Source: Nannocystales bacterium (GTDB taxonomy: Bacteria > Myxococcota_A > Polyangia > Nannocystales > Nannocystaceae). Taken from it: a DNA stretch of 64,000 nt. Positions 21,485-31,538 of the stretch are shown here, piece by piece. Location of the stretch: assembly GCA_050633305.1 (NCBI GenBank), contig JBOEGF010000018.1, positions 704,001 to 768,000 on the forward strand. Direction: 5' to 3'. A program made the translations under genes and the position numbers. The first letter of the stretch is position 1; the number at the start of each line of letters is the position of its first letter. The notes beneath the pieces were generated by a model. It ran no database searches and had not been told where the DNA came from. It saw nothing but the letters and a program-made list of their open reading frames with translations.

Positions 21485-23578
21485 CTACGTCGCCGGACGA
21501 CTTCGCCACCGCAGCACGGCTTCGAGTCCGAGCAGGGCGAGCGCAAGCCAAACGAGCCAACGCCACTGCGGCACGTTGACCGCGACACGACCCTCGATGC
21601 CCTCTGAAGACGCTCCCTCGGATTGCACTCGAGCGGTCTGAGACTCTGAAGGGTCGACTTCGACCGAGAACACAGCCTGCTGCGCGCCTTCGCTACGCAC
21701 GGTGTAGTGCCCGGCGACGAATGTGTCTTCGAACGCCACCGCGCCCTCGCTGGGGGCGAGCGAAACCTCGGTACCCTGCGGAGTCACGAAGACGACGGGT
21801 CCTCGCGCTCGCTCGCGACGGGTTTCTCCGGCCGTGAGCCGTGCTCCGACGCCGCCGGACTGCGTGTCCCCGAGGTAGCTCAAGACACCCGACACCATCG
21901 ATACGAATCCCGGGCGCAGCGGGAGGTCCGCCCAGTCTCGGTCGATCGATGTGGTCAACATCGCGACGCGGCCCCCGTCGACAGTCCGCGTGAGGAGGGC
22001 GGGAGCTCCAGAGGTGAAGGACAGGGCGATGCTGGCCTCACGCCGGGGGTCCGGCTCGAGGAGCATGACACGCCGGGCGACCGTTCCCGAGAGTCCGACG
22101 TCTCCATCGAGCCCCGCGAACACCGGATGTCCGAGGTCTGCGGGCGCGATGCCTTCGACCCGTGCCTCGGTGCGGCCCGGCGCGGTGCCGACTTGGACTG
22201 GCCCTCGCATCATCAGCGGAAGGATCGGACCGAACGCGCGGTTGTAGGCGGTCGCGTCGACTCGGTCACCCACGCTGACAAAGACCCCCATGCCACCGCG
22301 GACGCGTTCGATGACCGCACCGGCAACAGCGGGGTCGGGCGCGCGAACGTTGGCGAAGACCAAGACGTCGATGTCCGAGAGTCCTGCGGCACCTTGTTTG
22401 CGAACCCTTTGTGCGAGTTGATCCGGAGCAACCGAGCGGACCCGGACCGTCCGGTCCTCGTTCTGTGCGGCGACGGCGGTGGTCAGGAAGAAGACTTCGT
22501 CGTGCGCTCGGAGCTCGCTCGGGTCGCCGTTGACGACAGCGATCTCGGTTGCGTCTTCGGCCGCAAGCCACAGGTGTCGGCGGTCATCGCTGGGCAGGGG
22601 GTCATCGTCCGGGTCGAGCAGCGCGACGGTGGCCGGGAGGATGTCCGCATCCTCGAGCAGCGTGTGGGTGAACTGGACCGGGACCGCCTCGTCCGGCGGC
22701 AACAAGACCGCGGCGCGGGCGACCTCAGCTTCTCCGATGAAGAGGCCGACCGTCACAGACCTGGCCTCAGCGCCTTCGTCGGCACCGAAGCGCTGCAAGG
22801 TTGCGTCGACACGTGCAGCACGAGGGTCGAGGTCAGGCGCGGGCTCCCACTGGAGGTCGATGATCGCGACGTGTTCGGGAAGCGGTACGTCATCTTCGAT
22901 GGCGGGGATCGGGAGGACGATTGCGCCGCCTTCGGCCGTGGTGGGGAGCGACGCGAGGCCGGCTTCGGTACTGTCCCCCACCGCATAGACGACGCGTTTC
23001 CGATCGTTGGACCCGTTCTCTCGCAGCATGCGTGCGGCTGCGGGGAGCGATGAGGCCAACGGCCATGCGCCGGCCCGTGGCACGTCGCGTTCGAGCCAGC
23101 GTTCGAGGGCTTCTTGGACGCGGGACGGGTCGGCGGTGGGGTCGATTCGAGGACCCTCGGGGTCGGTGGTGACCAGCCCGATGCGGCTTCCCGCGGGGAG
23201 CGAGCTGAGCAAAGTGTCGGCCTGTTCCTTGGCGTGCTCGAGCAAGGTCTTTCCATCGACCCGAAGACCCATGCTGCGAGACCCATCGACGAGCAGGACT
23301 GCGTCGTGAGGCTCAGCGACCATCGTGAGACCGCCATCGTGTTCGGTCGCGGGCCGGGCGAGGGCGAAGAGGAGGAGGCCGAGAAGCAGAAACCGGACGA
23401 TGAGCAGCGGGAGGTCGCGCAGTGACCGGCGGCGGGTCACGGAGGGTTCCGCCGTGGGCAGGAACCGCATCGCGCCGAAGCGGATCTCCAGCGGACGCTC
23501 CCGCCCGAGCAGGTGCGCGATGACAGGGGCTGCAAGACCGAACAGGCCGAGCAGCAGCGCGGGCGCCAGAAAACTCAT
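21485..23578 (-). CDS. BatA N-terminal + vWA domain membrane protein
   Basis: MSFLAPALLLGLFGLAAPVIAHLL (BatA), MIDAS DGSRSM, C-terminal TM. Confidence 0.88.
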   Translation of the reverse strand: MSFLAPALLLGLFGLAAPVIAHLLGRERPLEIRFGAMRFLPTAEPSVTRRRSLRDLPLLIVRFLLLGLLLFALARPATEHDGGLTMVAEPHDAVLLVDGSRSMGLRVDGKTLLEHAKEQADTLLSSLPAGSRIGLVTTDPEGPRIDPTADPSRVQEALERWLERDVPRAGAWPLASSLPAAARMLRENGSNDRKRVVYAVGDSTEAGLASLPTTAEGGAIVLPIPAIEDDVPLPEHVAIIDLQWEPAPDLDPRAARVDATLQRFGADEGAEARSVTVGLFIGEAEVARAAVLLPPDEAVPVQFTHTLLEDADILPATVALLDPDDDPLPSDDRRHLWLAAEDATEIAVVNGDPSELRAHDEVFFLTTAVAAQNEDRTVRVRSVAPDQLAQRVRKQGAAGLSDIDVLVFANVRAPDPAVAGAVIERVRGGMGVFVSVGDRVDATAYNRAFGPILPLMMRGPVQVGTAPGRTEARVEGIAPADLGHPVFAGLDGDVGLSGTVARRVMLLEPDPRREASIALSFTSGAPALLTRTVDGGRVAMLTTSIDRDWADLPLRPGFVSMVSGVLSYLGDTQSGGVGARLTAGETRRERARGPVVFVTPQGTEVSLAPSEGAVAFEDTFVAGHYTVRSEGAQQAVFSVEVDPSESQTARVQSEGASSEGIEGRVAVNVPQWRWLVWLALALLGLEAVLRWRSRPAT

Positions 23579-24546
23579 GCCGCATCTCCTTCGGGGACCA
23601 CACCTTCGAGACGAGCGAGCAGTCCCAGGAAGGACTCGACGATGTCGCCGTCGGTGCGGACCGTGTGGAGCAGCAGCCCCTCTCGGTCACAGCGTTCGGA
23701 GAGCCGGGCTTGGTGTGCCCGTATCGCTTCGAGGTAGCCCTCGCGGATGGCTGCGGCTGCGCCTTCTTTCGGTTTCCGAAGCCCGAACAGGTCGGTGAAT
23801 CTCAGGGTGGTCCGGTCGGTCCAGGGGAACTCGAGTTCGTCTCGGTGAAGGACCTGGAGAAGCACCACATCGTGGCCGCGGGCCCGGATCGACCCCAGCG
23901 CCCCGATCAGAGCGCGGTCGGCCTCGTCATCCTGAGGTTGTCCATCGCCGCTGGGGTCCAGAAAGTCCGACACCACGACGACCACGCTGCGGCGTGGCAA
24001 CCGGGGCGTCATGGCCTCGAGGAGGGGCAGCCAAGGGCAGGTTCCGGCGGGCTCGACATCGCCAAGCTGGGCGGCGAAACCGGCGAGGCGTTCGGGGCTG
24101 GAGCTGGGCCTCGCCAAGGCGTCCTCGAGTGTGCCTTCGCGACCGGTCACCAAGGCGACCGGATCGCCTTGGCCCGATGCGAGCCAAGCCAGACCGCCGA
24201 CGAGGGAGCGTGCATAGCTCAGCTTTTGCGCATCGCCTTTGCCGTAGGCCATCGCGCCGCCCAGGTCGGCGGCGAAGACCACTGAGAGCTCGTCCTCGGC
24301 CTCGGTTTGGCGGAGGACGAGTCGCTCGCGGCGAGCGATCGCCCGCCAGTCGAGGCGTCGCGGATCATCGCCAGGGACGTAGGCTCGGTGGTCTCGGAAG
24401 TCGAGGCCGACCCCGGCACGAGCCGAACGGTGCCGTCCGAGACGGCGGCCGAACACGGGCCGTTGCAACACCAAGGCTCGCGCACGCAACAGCTCCCGCA
24501 GCTGAGCGGGGACGAGCGAGGCCAGCGGCAGGGCACGCTCGCTCAT
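23575..24546 (-). CDS. DUF58 domain protein
   Basis: GRHRS..G.GLDFRDHRAYVPGDDPRRLDWRA, VVVVSDF. Confidence 0.92.
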   Translation of the reverse strand: MSERALPLASLVPAQLRELLRARALVLQRPVFGRRLGRHRSARAGVGLDFRDHRAYVPGDDPRRLDWRAIARRERLVLRQTEAEDELSVVFAADLGGAMAYGKGDAQKLSYARSLVGGLAWLASGQGDPVALVTGREGTLEDALARPSSSPERLAGFAAQLGDVEPAGTCPWLPLLEAMTPRLPRRSVVVVVSDFLDPSGDGQPQDDEADRALIGALGSIRARGHDVVLLQVLHRDELEFPWTDRTTLRFTDLFGLRKPKEGAAAAIREGYLEAIRAHQARLSERCDREGLLLHTVRTDGDIVESFLGLLARLEGVVPEGDAA

Positions 24547-24551
24547 CGGGG

Positions 24552-25595
<1,044 letters not shown>

Positions 25596-25789
25596 GGGCG
25601 CCCGTCACATCCGGACGCCCACACCTCGCCGATTCTCACAGACTCGCATCGCGCGCCGCGGATGATCGTAAATACGGTGCGTTGCAGTGAAACGATGTTC
25701 GTTGAAAGAGGGCGTCAGGTGGGCCAGATTCACCGGTACACTCAACCCGAGGTCGGACAAAATCCGGCGAAATACGGAGAATCAAAACG

Positions 25790-26953
25790 ATGGCGACATT
25801 CAGCGAGGTACTCGCACGCGTGAAGTCCGAGATCCGCGAGGTCTCGGTCGATGAGACGAAACAACAAGCGGTCGACAAGAGCGGCCCTGTTCTCATCGAT
25901 GTTCGAGAGCGCGACGAGTACGAGCAGGGCTACATCAACGGTGCCGAGTGGATCCCTCGCGGGTTCCTCGAGATCAAGGTCGAGGACGCGGTGTCCAACC
26001 GCAACCAGGAGATCATCATCTACTGCGCTGGAGGAACCCGATCGGCGCTGGCTGCCAAGTCGTTGCTCGAGCTGGGGTACACGAACGTCGCGTCGATGGC
26101 CGGGGGATTTCGGGCCTGGAAGAACGCAGGCTTCGGCTTCGAGCGCCCACGGGTGATGAGCCCGGAGCAGATCAAGCGGTACAGCCGGCACATCATGCTT
26201 CCCGAGGTGGGGGAGGCAGGGCAGGCCAAACTGCTTGACGCCAAGGTCTTGTTCTTGGGAGCGGGCGGTCTGGGTTCGCCGTCCTCGCTCTACCTCGCCG
26301 CGGCAGGCGTCGGGACGATCGGCATGGTCGACGACGACGTTGTGGACGAGAGCAACCTGCAGCGGCAGGTCATCCACAACACCGAGCGGCTCGGGATGCC
26401 CAAGGTGGAGAGCGCGAGGCTTACCCTTCAAGCGCTCAACCCCGACGTCGAGGTCGTGCCGCACCAAACTCGCCTGAGCAGCGAAAACATCATGGAGCTC
26501 GTCTCCGGCTACGATGTTGTCGTGGACGGCGCGGACAACTTCCCGACCCGCTATCTGCTCAACGACGCCGCACTGAAGCTTGGCAAGCCGGTCGTGCACG
26601 CGTCGATCTACCGATTCGAGGGCCAGGTCACCACGTTCCTTCCTGGCGAGGGTCCCTGCTACCGCTGCCTCTACCCCGATCCTCCCCCGCCCGGAATGGC
26701 GCCCAGTTGCCAGGAGGCGGGCGTTCTCGGCGTGCTTCCGGGGATCATCGGCAGCCTGCAGGCGACCGAGGCTTTGAAACTCATCTTGGGCATCGGAGAA
26801 AGCCTGAGTGGGCGCCTGCTCGTTTACGATGCGCTCCGGACCAAGTTCCGGACGTTGAAGCTGCGCAAGGACCCGAACTGCCGCGTGTGCTCAAAGCCGC
26901 CCGAGGACATCGAACTCATCGACTACGAAGCCTTCTGCAGCATCGGAGGCTGA
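25790..26953 (+). CDS. moeB: Rhodanese + ThiF/MoeB adenylyltransferase fusion (MoeB/MoeZ family)
   Basis: IDVRE..EY, YCAGGTRS; RYSRH, GAGGLGSP, SNLQRQ, PCYRCLYP, CRVC. Confidence 0.92.
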   Translation: MATFSEVLARVKSEIREVSVDETKQQAVDKSGPVLIDVRERDEYEQGYINGAEWIPRGFLEIKVEDAVSNRNQEIIIYCAGGTRSALAAKSLLELGYTNVASMAGGFRAWKNAGFGFERPRVMSPEQIKRYSRHIMLPEVGEAGQAKLLDAKVLFLGAGGLGSPSSLYLAAAGVGTIGMVDDDVVDESNLQRQVIHNTERLGMPKVESARLTLQALNPDVEVVPHQTRLSSENIMELVSGYDVVVDGADNFPTRYLLNDAALKLGKPVVHASIYRFEGQVTTFLPGEGPCYRCLYPDPPPPGMAPSCQEAGVLGVLPGIIGSLQATEALKLILGIGESLSGRLLVYDALRTKFRTLKLRKDPNCRVCSKPPEDIELIDYEAFCSIGG

Positions 26954-27114
26954 GTCATAGGGCGCGAGAATGAGCCCAAAACGGGGCTAGAAGGGGCCTA
27001 GAACGGGGTGGTTTGGTGTCGGCTTTTGTCGCACCATTGCGCCCCGTTTTCGCGTGCTTCCACCCGATCGGTGAATGTGACGCACACTCGGACTGTCTCT
27101 TCCTCGCCCGACCG

Positions 27115-27798
27115 ATGCGTACTGCACTCCTCCTCTCCGCCGCCTTGATCACCGTTGCGCTCCCTTCGGGGGACGCGCTGGCCAAGCCGAACACGTTTGT
27201 CAGCAGCTCCAAGAAGGGTCCGAAGGGTCTCAAGAAGGGCAAGTTCAAGAGCAAAGGCAAGAAGAGCAAGGGGAAGGGCAAAGGAAAAGGCAAAGGGAAG
27301 GGCAAGGGCAAAGGGAAGGGCGGCTCTGGCGGCGACTCGGGGTCGGGCGACTCCGGGTCGAGTTCGGACGACACGTGCGAGCTTCCCAACGGCGTGACCT
27401 CGATGGTCAAAGGAGCCGGCCAGCGTTTGAGCTTCACCTTCGCCGGCAAGGTCTGGGTTCGAAACGGGAACGCGAGCGGGAGCTTCTTCCTGGCCTTCCA
27501 CCCACAGAGCCCCGGCAGCGCGGTCGTGCACGTCACCTGCCGCTACAACGACTTCACCAACCTCGAGATCTCCGACGCGCGTGCGAGTTTCCGGATGTCG
27601 GGCAACTGTCAGCAGGTCTTCGACGACGGCCGCATCGAGCGCGTCAGCGCGACCAATGACGTCATCATCAACAACGCCGAGACCGACTCGGTTTCGATCG
27701 CGAACGTCGGCCCGGGGCTTTCAGTCCCCGGAGGGGCGGTGAGCTTCGGGAACTTTCAGATGTCCGGTGGGGACAGCGAGTCCCCGCCGCCGAGCTGA
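27115..27798 (+). CDS. Secreted hypothetical protein with poly(Lys-Gly) segment
   Basis: Signal peptide ending ALA; KGKGKGKG tract; beta-rich C-terminal domain. Confidence 0.7.
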   Translation: MRTALLLSAALITVALPSGDALAKPNTFVSSSKKGPKGLKKGKFKSKGKKSKGKGKGKGKGKGKGKGKGGSGGDSGSGDSGSSSDDTCELPNGVTSMVKGAGQRLSFTFAGKVWVRNGNASGSFFLAFHPQSPGSAVVHVTCRYNDFTNLEISDARASFRMSGNCQQVFDDGRIERVSATNDVIINNAETDSVSIANVGPGLSVPGGAVSFGNFQMSGGDSESPPPS

Positions 27799-27913
27799 GC
27801 AGCCTGACCTCCTTGGCGAGGTCCTCTCGGGGAGACTGTAGGGCATCCGTGTCGAGCGACGGATGCCCTTCTTGCGTCCGCCGCAGACCCACGAAGTGCG
27901 CGAACCGCCGCGC

Positions 27914-28708
27914 TCAGCTGCACTGGAACGACGCGTAGCTCCTGCACGCGCCCGCGATGCAGGTGTCTTCCCGGCACGTCTGCAGCGCAAGCGCAGCCGA
28001 CTCTGCACTCGGCGTCAGGCCCGCGCAGCAGTTGTCGAAACACAGTCCGCTGACGGCACAGTCCTGCATGCAGGCGACCGCCGTACTGCAGCCCGGCTGG
28101 GCGTCACATGCCGAGTCCTCCGGCTCGCACTCGTTTCCATGGGTGCAGGAGAAGCAATCGTCGCAAGTCTCCTCGCTCTCGGCGCAGCTTGCAGGCGGGT
28201 CTGTGGTGTCCGATGCATCCGTGGTTTCGGCGGACGTACTCGTACTCGTACTTGTGTCGACGGACGTCGTGCTCGGCGTGGTGTCCGTTGGCATGGTGTC
28301 CGTTGGCGCGGTCGTCGACGTGGTGGACGTCCCCGTGGTGGATGTGCTGCTGTCGCTATCGGTACTCGTCGGCGTGACCGTGGTGCCGCCTTGGGGAAGG
28401 CAGACATTGCCAGTGCACTCCAGGTCGGGTCCGCAGCGTCCCTGCCCATCGCACTCGCAGATCGCGGTGCCCGGGGTGCAGTTCTCCGCGATACAGATGT
28501 TTGAGGGGGTGCAGACCAGGTCAGGCTCGCACGCGCCAGCCAGGCACTCGCACCCGAAGCTGCCCTCGTTGCAGTTGCCCCCGGTCGCGCTTCCGTCTTC
28601 CGTGGCTGGCTCGGTGAAACATCCCGACAACAGCGCGAACAGGGTGGCCAGGCCGAGCGTGCCGATTCGGCGGGTGTTCCTCGTGTTCGAAATGAAATCC
28701 ATGAGCAT
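27914..28708 (-). CDS. Cys-rich repeat lipoprotein with Thr/Ser linker
   Basis: Lipobox LSGC; CxxGxxGCEC modules; C-terminal Cys-rich helical module. Confidence 0.8.
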   Translation of the reverse strand: MLMDFISNTRNTRRIGTLGLATLFALLSGCFTEPATEDGSATGGNCNEGSFGCECLAGACEPDLVCTPSNICIAENCTPGTAICECDGQGRCGPDLECTGNVCLPQGGTTVTPTSTDSDSSTSTTGTSTTSTTAPTDTMPTDTTPSTTSVDTSTSTSTSAETTDASDTTDPPASCAESEETCDDCFSCTHGNECEPEDSACDAQPGCSTAVACMQDCAVSGLCFDNCCAGLTPSAESAALALQTCREDTCIAGACRSYASFQCS

Positions 28709-28876
28709 TCAAGGTCGGGGAACGAATACCCTCGCGGCGAAGACTCCCCAGTCCCCGCGTTTCTTCCCTACGGATCGTAGACCGTTTGCAAGACCGGGGG
28801 ATTCGCGTGTGGTCTCACTCGGCGGCAAAAAATCGGGCATCGGATTCTACGGCCCCGCGCGGTATAGCATGCACTA

Positions 28877-30601
28877 GTGAGAGGCTTCGACGAGGTCGCC
28901 GCGTTCATCCGGCAGCACGAAGTGGGCCGGAGGGCCCATATCGAAACGCCCTTTGGACGTCGATTGGTCTACTACGCCGATTTAACCGCAACGGGACGGT
29001 ATCTGCACTTCGTCGAGCGGTGGATCAACCGGGTGCGGCCCTTCTACGCCAACACGCACACCGCGGTGTCTTCGACCGGTCGCATCATCGGAAGCCTTCG
29101 AGAGAACGCCAGAGGTGTAGTCCGGGATGCGGTTCGTGCAGACCCGGATGATGAGGTGCTTTTTTGCGGGTCGGGGGCGACGGCGGCGATCAACAAGCTC
29201 GTGGGGTTGCTCGGGCTGGCGGCATCGCAACCGCTCCGGGCGCGCTGCAAGACACCGCCGGCCGAACGCGCAGTGGTGTTCATTGGCCCCTTCGAGCACC
29301 ACAGCAACGAGCTCCCGTGGGTCGAGTCCGACGCCGATGTGGTGGAGATCGGTCAGACCGCTGACGGAAGCGTGGACCTCGACGAGTTGCGGGCGGAGCT
29401 CGAGCGCTACGCGGATCGGCCGCTGAAGATCGGCAGCTTCTCCGCTGCATCGAACGTCACTGGGGGCTTCTCGGATGTGGGCGCGATTGCCGAGGAGTTG
29501 CACCGCGGAGGCGCGTACGCGTGCTTCGACTACGCCGCAGGAGGGCCATACATGCCGATCGACATGCATCCGCCCAACCCCGCTCAACGGATGGACGCGA
29601 TCTTCTTGTCGGTCCACAAGTTCATCGGGGGCCCCGAAGCGTCCGGAGTGCTCGTCGCCAACCGCTCCCTGTTTCGCTGCGATACGCCGGTTCGTCCGGG
29701 CGGGGGCACCGTGGAGTATGTGGCTGCCGCAGCCTCGGATGCGATCGACTACACCGTCCGGCTCGATGAGCGGGAGGAGGGGGGGACACCCGACATCCTG
29801 GGGGATGTGCGGGCTGGGACCGCGTTCTTGGTCAAGCAGATGATCGGCGCCGAGGCGATCGTCGAACACGAGTGCGAACTCGCGGCCAAGGTCCTGGAGC
29901 GCCTCGCTGCCCACCCTCGGATCTCTCTGCTCGGTTCGACAACCGCACCGCGCCTGGCGATCCTCTCGTTCAACGTCGACGGGCTGCACCACGACTTCGT
30001 CGCGGGTCTGCTCGACCATCTATTCGGGATCCAGAACCGAGCAGGCTGCTCGTGCGCGGGCCCCTACGGGCACCGCTTGCTGAATATCGGGCGCGAACTC
30101 TCAGAGAGGTTTCGCTCCCTCATCCACGAAGGGGTCGGCGGGATCAAGCCGGGCTGGGTCCGTGTGACGGTCCCGTTCTACGCAACGGCTGAAGATGTCG
30201 AGTTTCTGGTGTCGGCGATCGAGTTCGTCGCCGACCACGGCCGCACGCTTGTTCCGCTGTACGAACTGAGTTGGGCCGACGGCGTGTGGCGGCATCGCGA
30301 GCGCCCGCAACCCGACATCGAGCCCATCGAGCTCACGGTGGAGGCGCTGCAAGAGGCGGCCCAGTCGTTTGCTGCCGGCGATCATGAAGCGCCGATGAGC
30401 GAGCGCGAGATGCTCGCCAACCGGGAGCGATACTTCGAGGAGGCTCGCGCCCTCGTCGACCGATTGCAGGCGCAGTGGCGCACGACGCCCCCGCGGTTCA
30501 ACCCCCCGACGGGACGCGCCGAAGTCGACGAGCTGTGCTGGTTTCAGTACGTGTACTGCGACGAGGTTCCGCAGCCCCCGAGTGCTCACAGCGAGACGTG
30601 A
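28877..30601 (+). CDS. Class V PLP aminotransferase (cysteine desulfurase/selenocysteine lyase-like)
   Basis: YYADLTATGR, EHHSNELPW, SAASNVTG, SVHKFIGG (PLP Lys), RAGCSCAGPY. Confidence 0.88.
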   Translation: MRGFDEVAAFIRQHEVGRRAHIETPFGRRLVYYADLTATGRYLHFVERWINRVRPFYANTHTAVSSTGRIIGSLRENARGVVRDAVRADPDDEVLFCGSGATAAINKLVGLLGLAASQPLRARCKTPPAERAVVFIGPFEHHSNELPWVESDADVVEIGQTADGSVDLDELRAELERYADRPLKIGSFSAASNVTGGFSDVGAIAEELHRGGAYACFDYAAGGPYMPIDMHPPNPAQRMDAIFLSVHKFIGGPEASGVLVANRSLFRCDTPVRPGGGTVEYVAAAASDAIDYTVRLDEREEGGTPDILGDVRAGTAFLVKQMIGAEAIVEHECELAAKVLERLAAHPRISLLGSTTAPRLAILSFNVDGLHHDFVAGLLDHLFGIQNRAGCSCAGPYGHRLLNIGRELSERFRSLIHEGVGGIKPGWVRVTVPFYATAEDVEFLVSAIEFVADHGRTLVPLYELSWADGVWRHRERPQPDIEPIELTVEALQEAAQSFAAGDHEAPMSEREMLANRERYFEEARALVDRLQAQWRTTPPRFNPPTGRAEVDELCWFQYVYCDEVPQPPSAHSET

Positions 30602-30639
30602 CGGCGAGGGGCGAGGGGGGCTGGTAGATTCGGGCATCC

Positions 30640-31533
30640 ATGCGCCTTCACCTTGTCGACGGCACGTTCGAGCTCTTCCGGGCTCACTTCTCCAAGCGCC
30701 CGGGCGCAACTTCGTCCGACGGGCAGGACGTCAAGGCCACCGTCGGCGTTCTTCGCTCGGTGCTGGCTCTGTTCACCGAGGAAGACGAGCTTGCGACCCA
30801 TGTTGCGGTCGCGTTCGACAATCCGATCCGGTCGTTCCGCAACGACATGTTCGACGGCTACAAGACCGGGGAGGGCATGGAGCCTGTTCTCGTCGAGCAG
30901 ATGGACCTGGTCGAGAAGGCGACCGCAGCGATGGGCATCGCGGTGTGGTCGATGGATCGCTGGGAGGCCGACGACGCGCTCGCGGCGGGAGCGGTCAAGT
31001 TTGCCGATGCCGTCGAGCAAGTTCGCGTCATGACCCCGGACAAAGACCTCGGGCAGACGGTCCGCGGGACCTCCATCGTCCAGGTGGACCGGATCCGTCG
31101 CCGGGTCATCGACGAGAATGGGGTCCGCGAAGCGCGGGGTGTCTCCCCGGCGAGCATTCCAGACTATCTTGCGCTGGTGGGTGACACGGCCGATGGAATT
31201 CCCGGGCTCCCCGGCTTCGGCGCAAAGTCTACGGCGACCTTGCTCGCGCACTACGAGCACCTCGAATCAATTCCCGATGACCCTGCGGCTTGGGCGGTCA
31301 AGGTCCGCGGAGCGCAGCGGCTCGGCACGACACTCGCCGAGCGCCGCGAGGACGCGATGCTGTACCGGAGCTTGGCGACGCTGGCCCTCGACGTCCCGCT
31401 CACGGACGATCTCGAGTCCCTTCGGTGGACGGGTCCGACGGGCGATTGGGCATCGGTGTGCGAGTCGCTCGGGCAAGGTGGCCTCGAGCGCCAAGCCCAT
31501 GCGCTTGCGGCGAGCCGTGCTCGGAGTTCGTGA
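30640..31533 (+). CDS. Stand-alone 5'-3' exonuclease / flap endonuclease (PolI 5' domain)
   Basis: LVDGT, VAFD, GYKT, EADD, TPDKDL, LVGDTADGIPGLPGFGAKS (H3TH). Confidence 0.92.
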   Translation: MRLHLVDGTFELFRAHFSKRPGATSSDGQDVKATVGVLRSVLALFTEEDELATHVAVAFDNPIRSFRNDMFDGYKTGEGMEPVLVEQMDLVEKATAAMGIAVWSMDRWEADDALAAGAVKFADAVEQVRVMTPDKDLGQTVRGTSIVQVDRIRRRVIDENGVREARGVSPASIPDYLALVGDTADGIPGLPGFGAKSTATLLAHYEHLESIPDDPAAWAVKVRGAQRLGTTLAERREDAMLYRSLATLALDVPLTDDLESLRWTGPTGDWASVCESLGQGGLERQAHALAASRARSS

Positions 31534-31538
31534 CTCGG

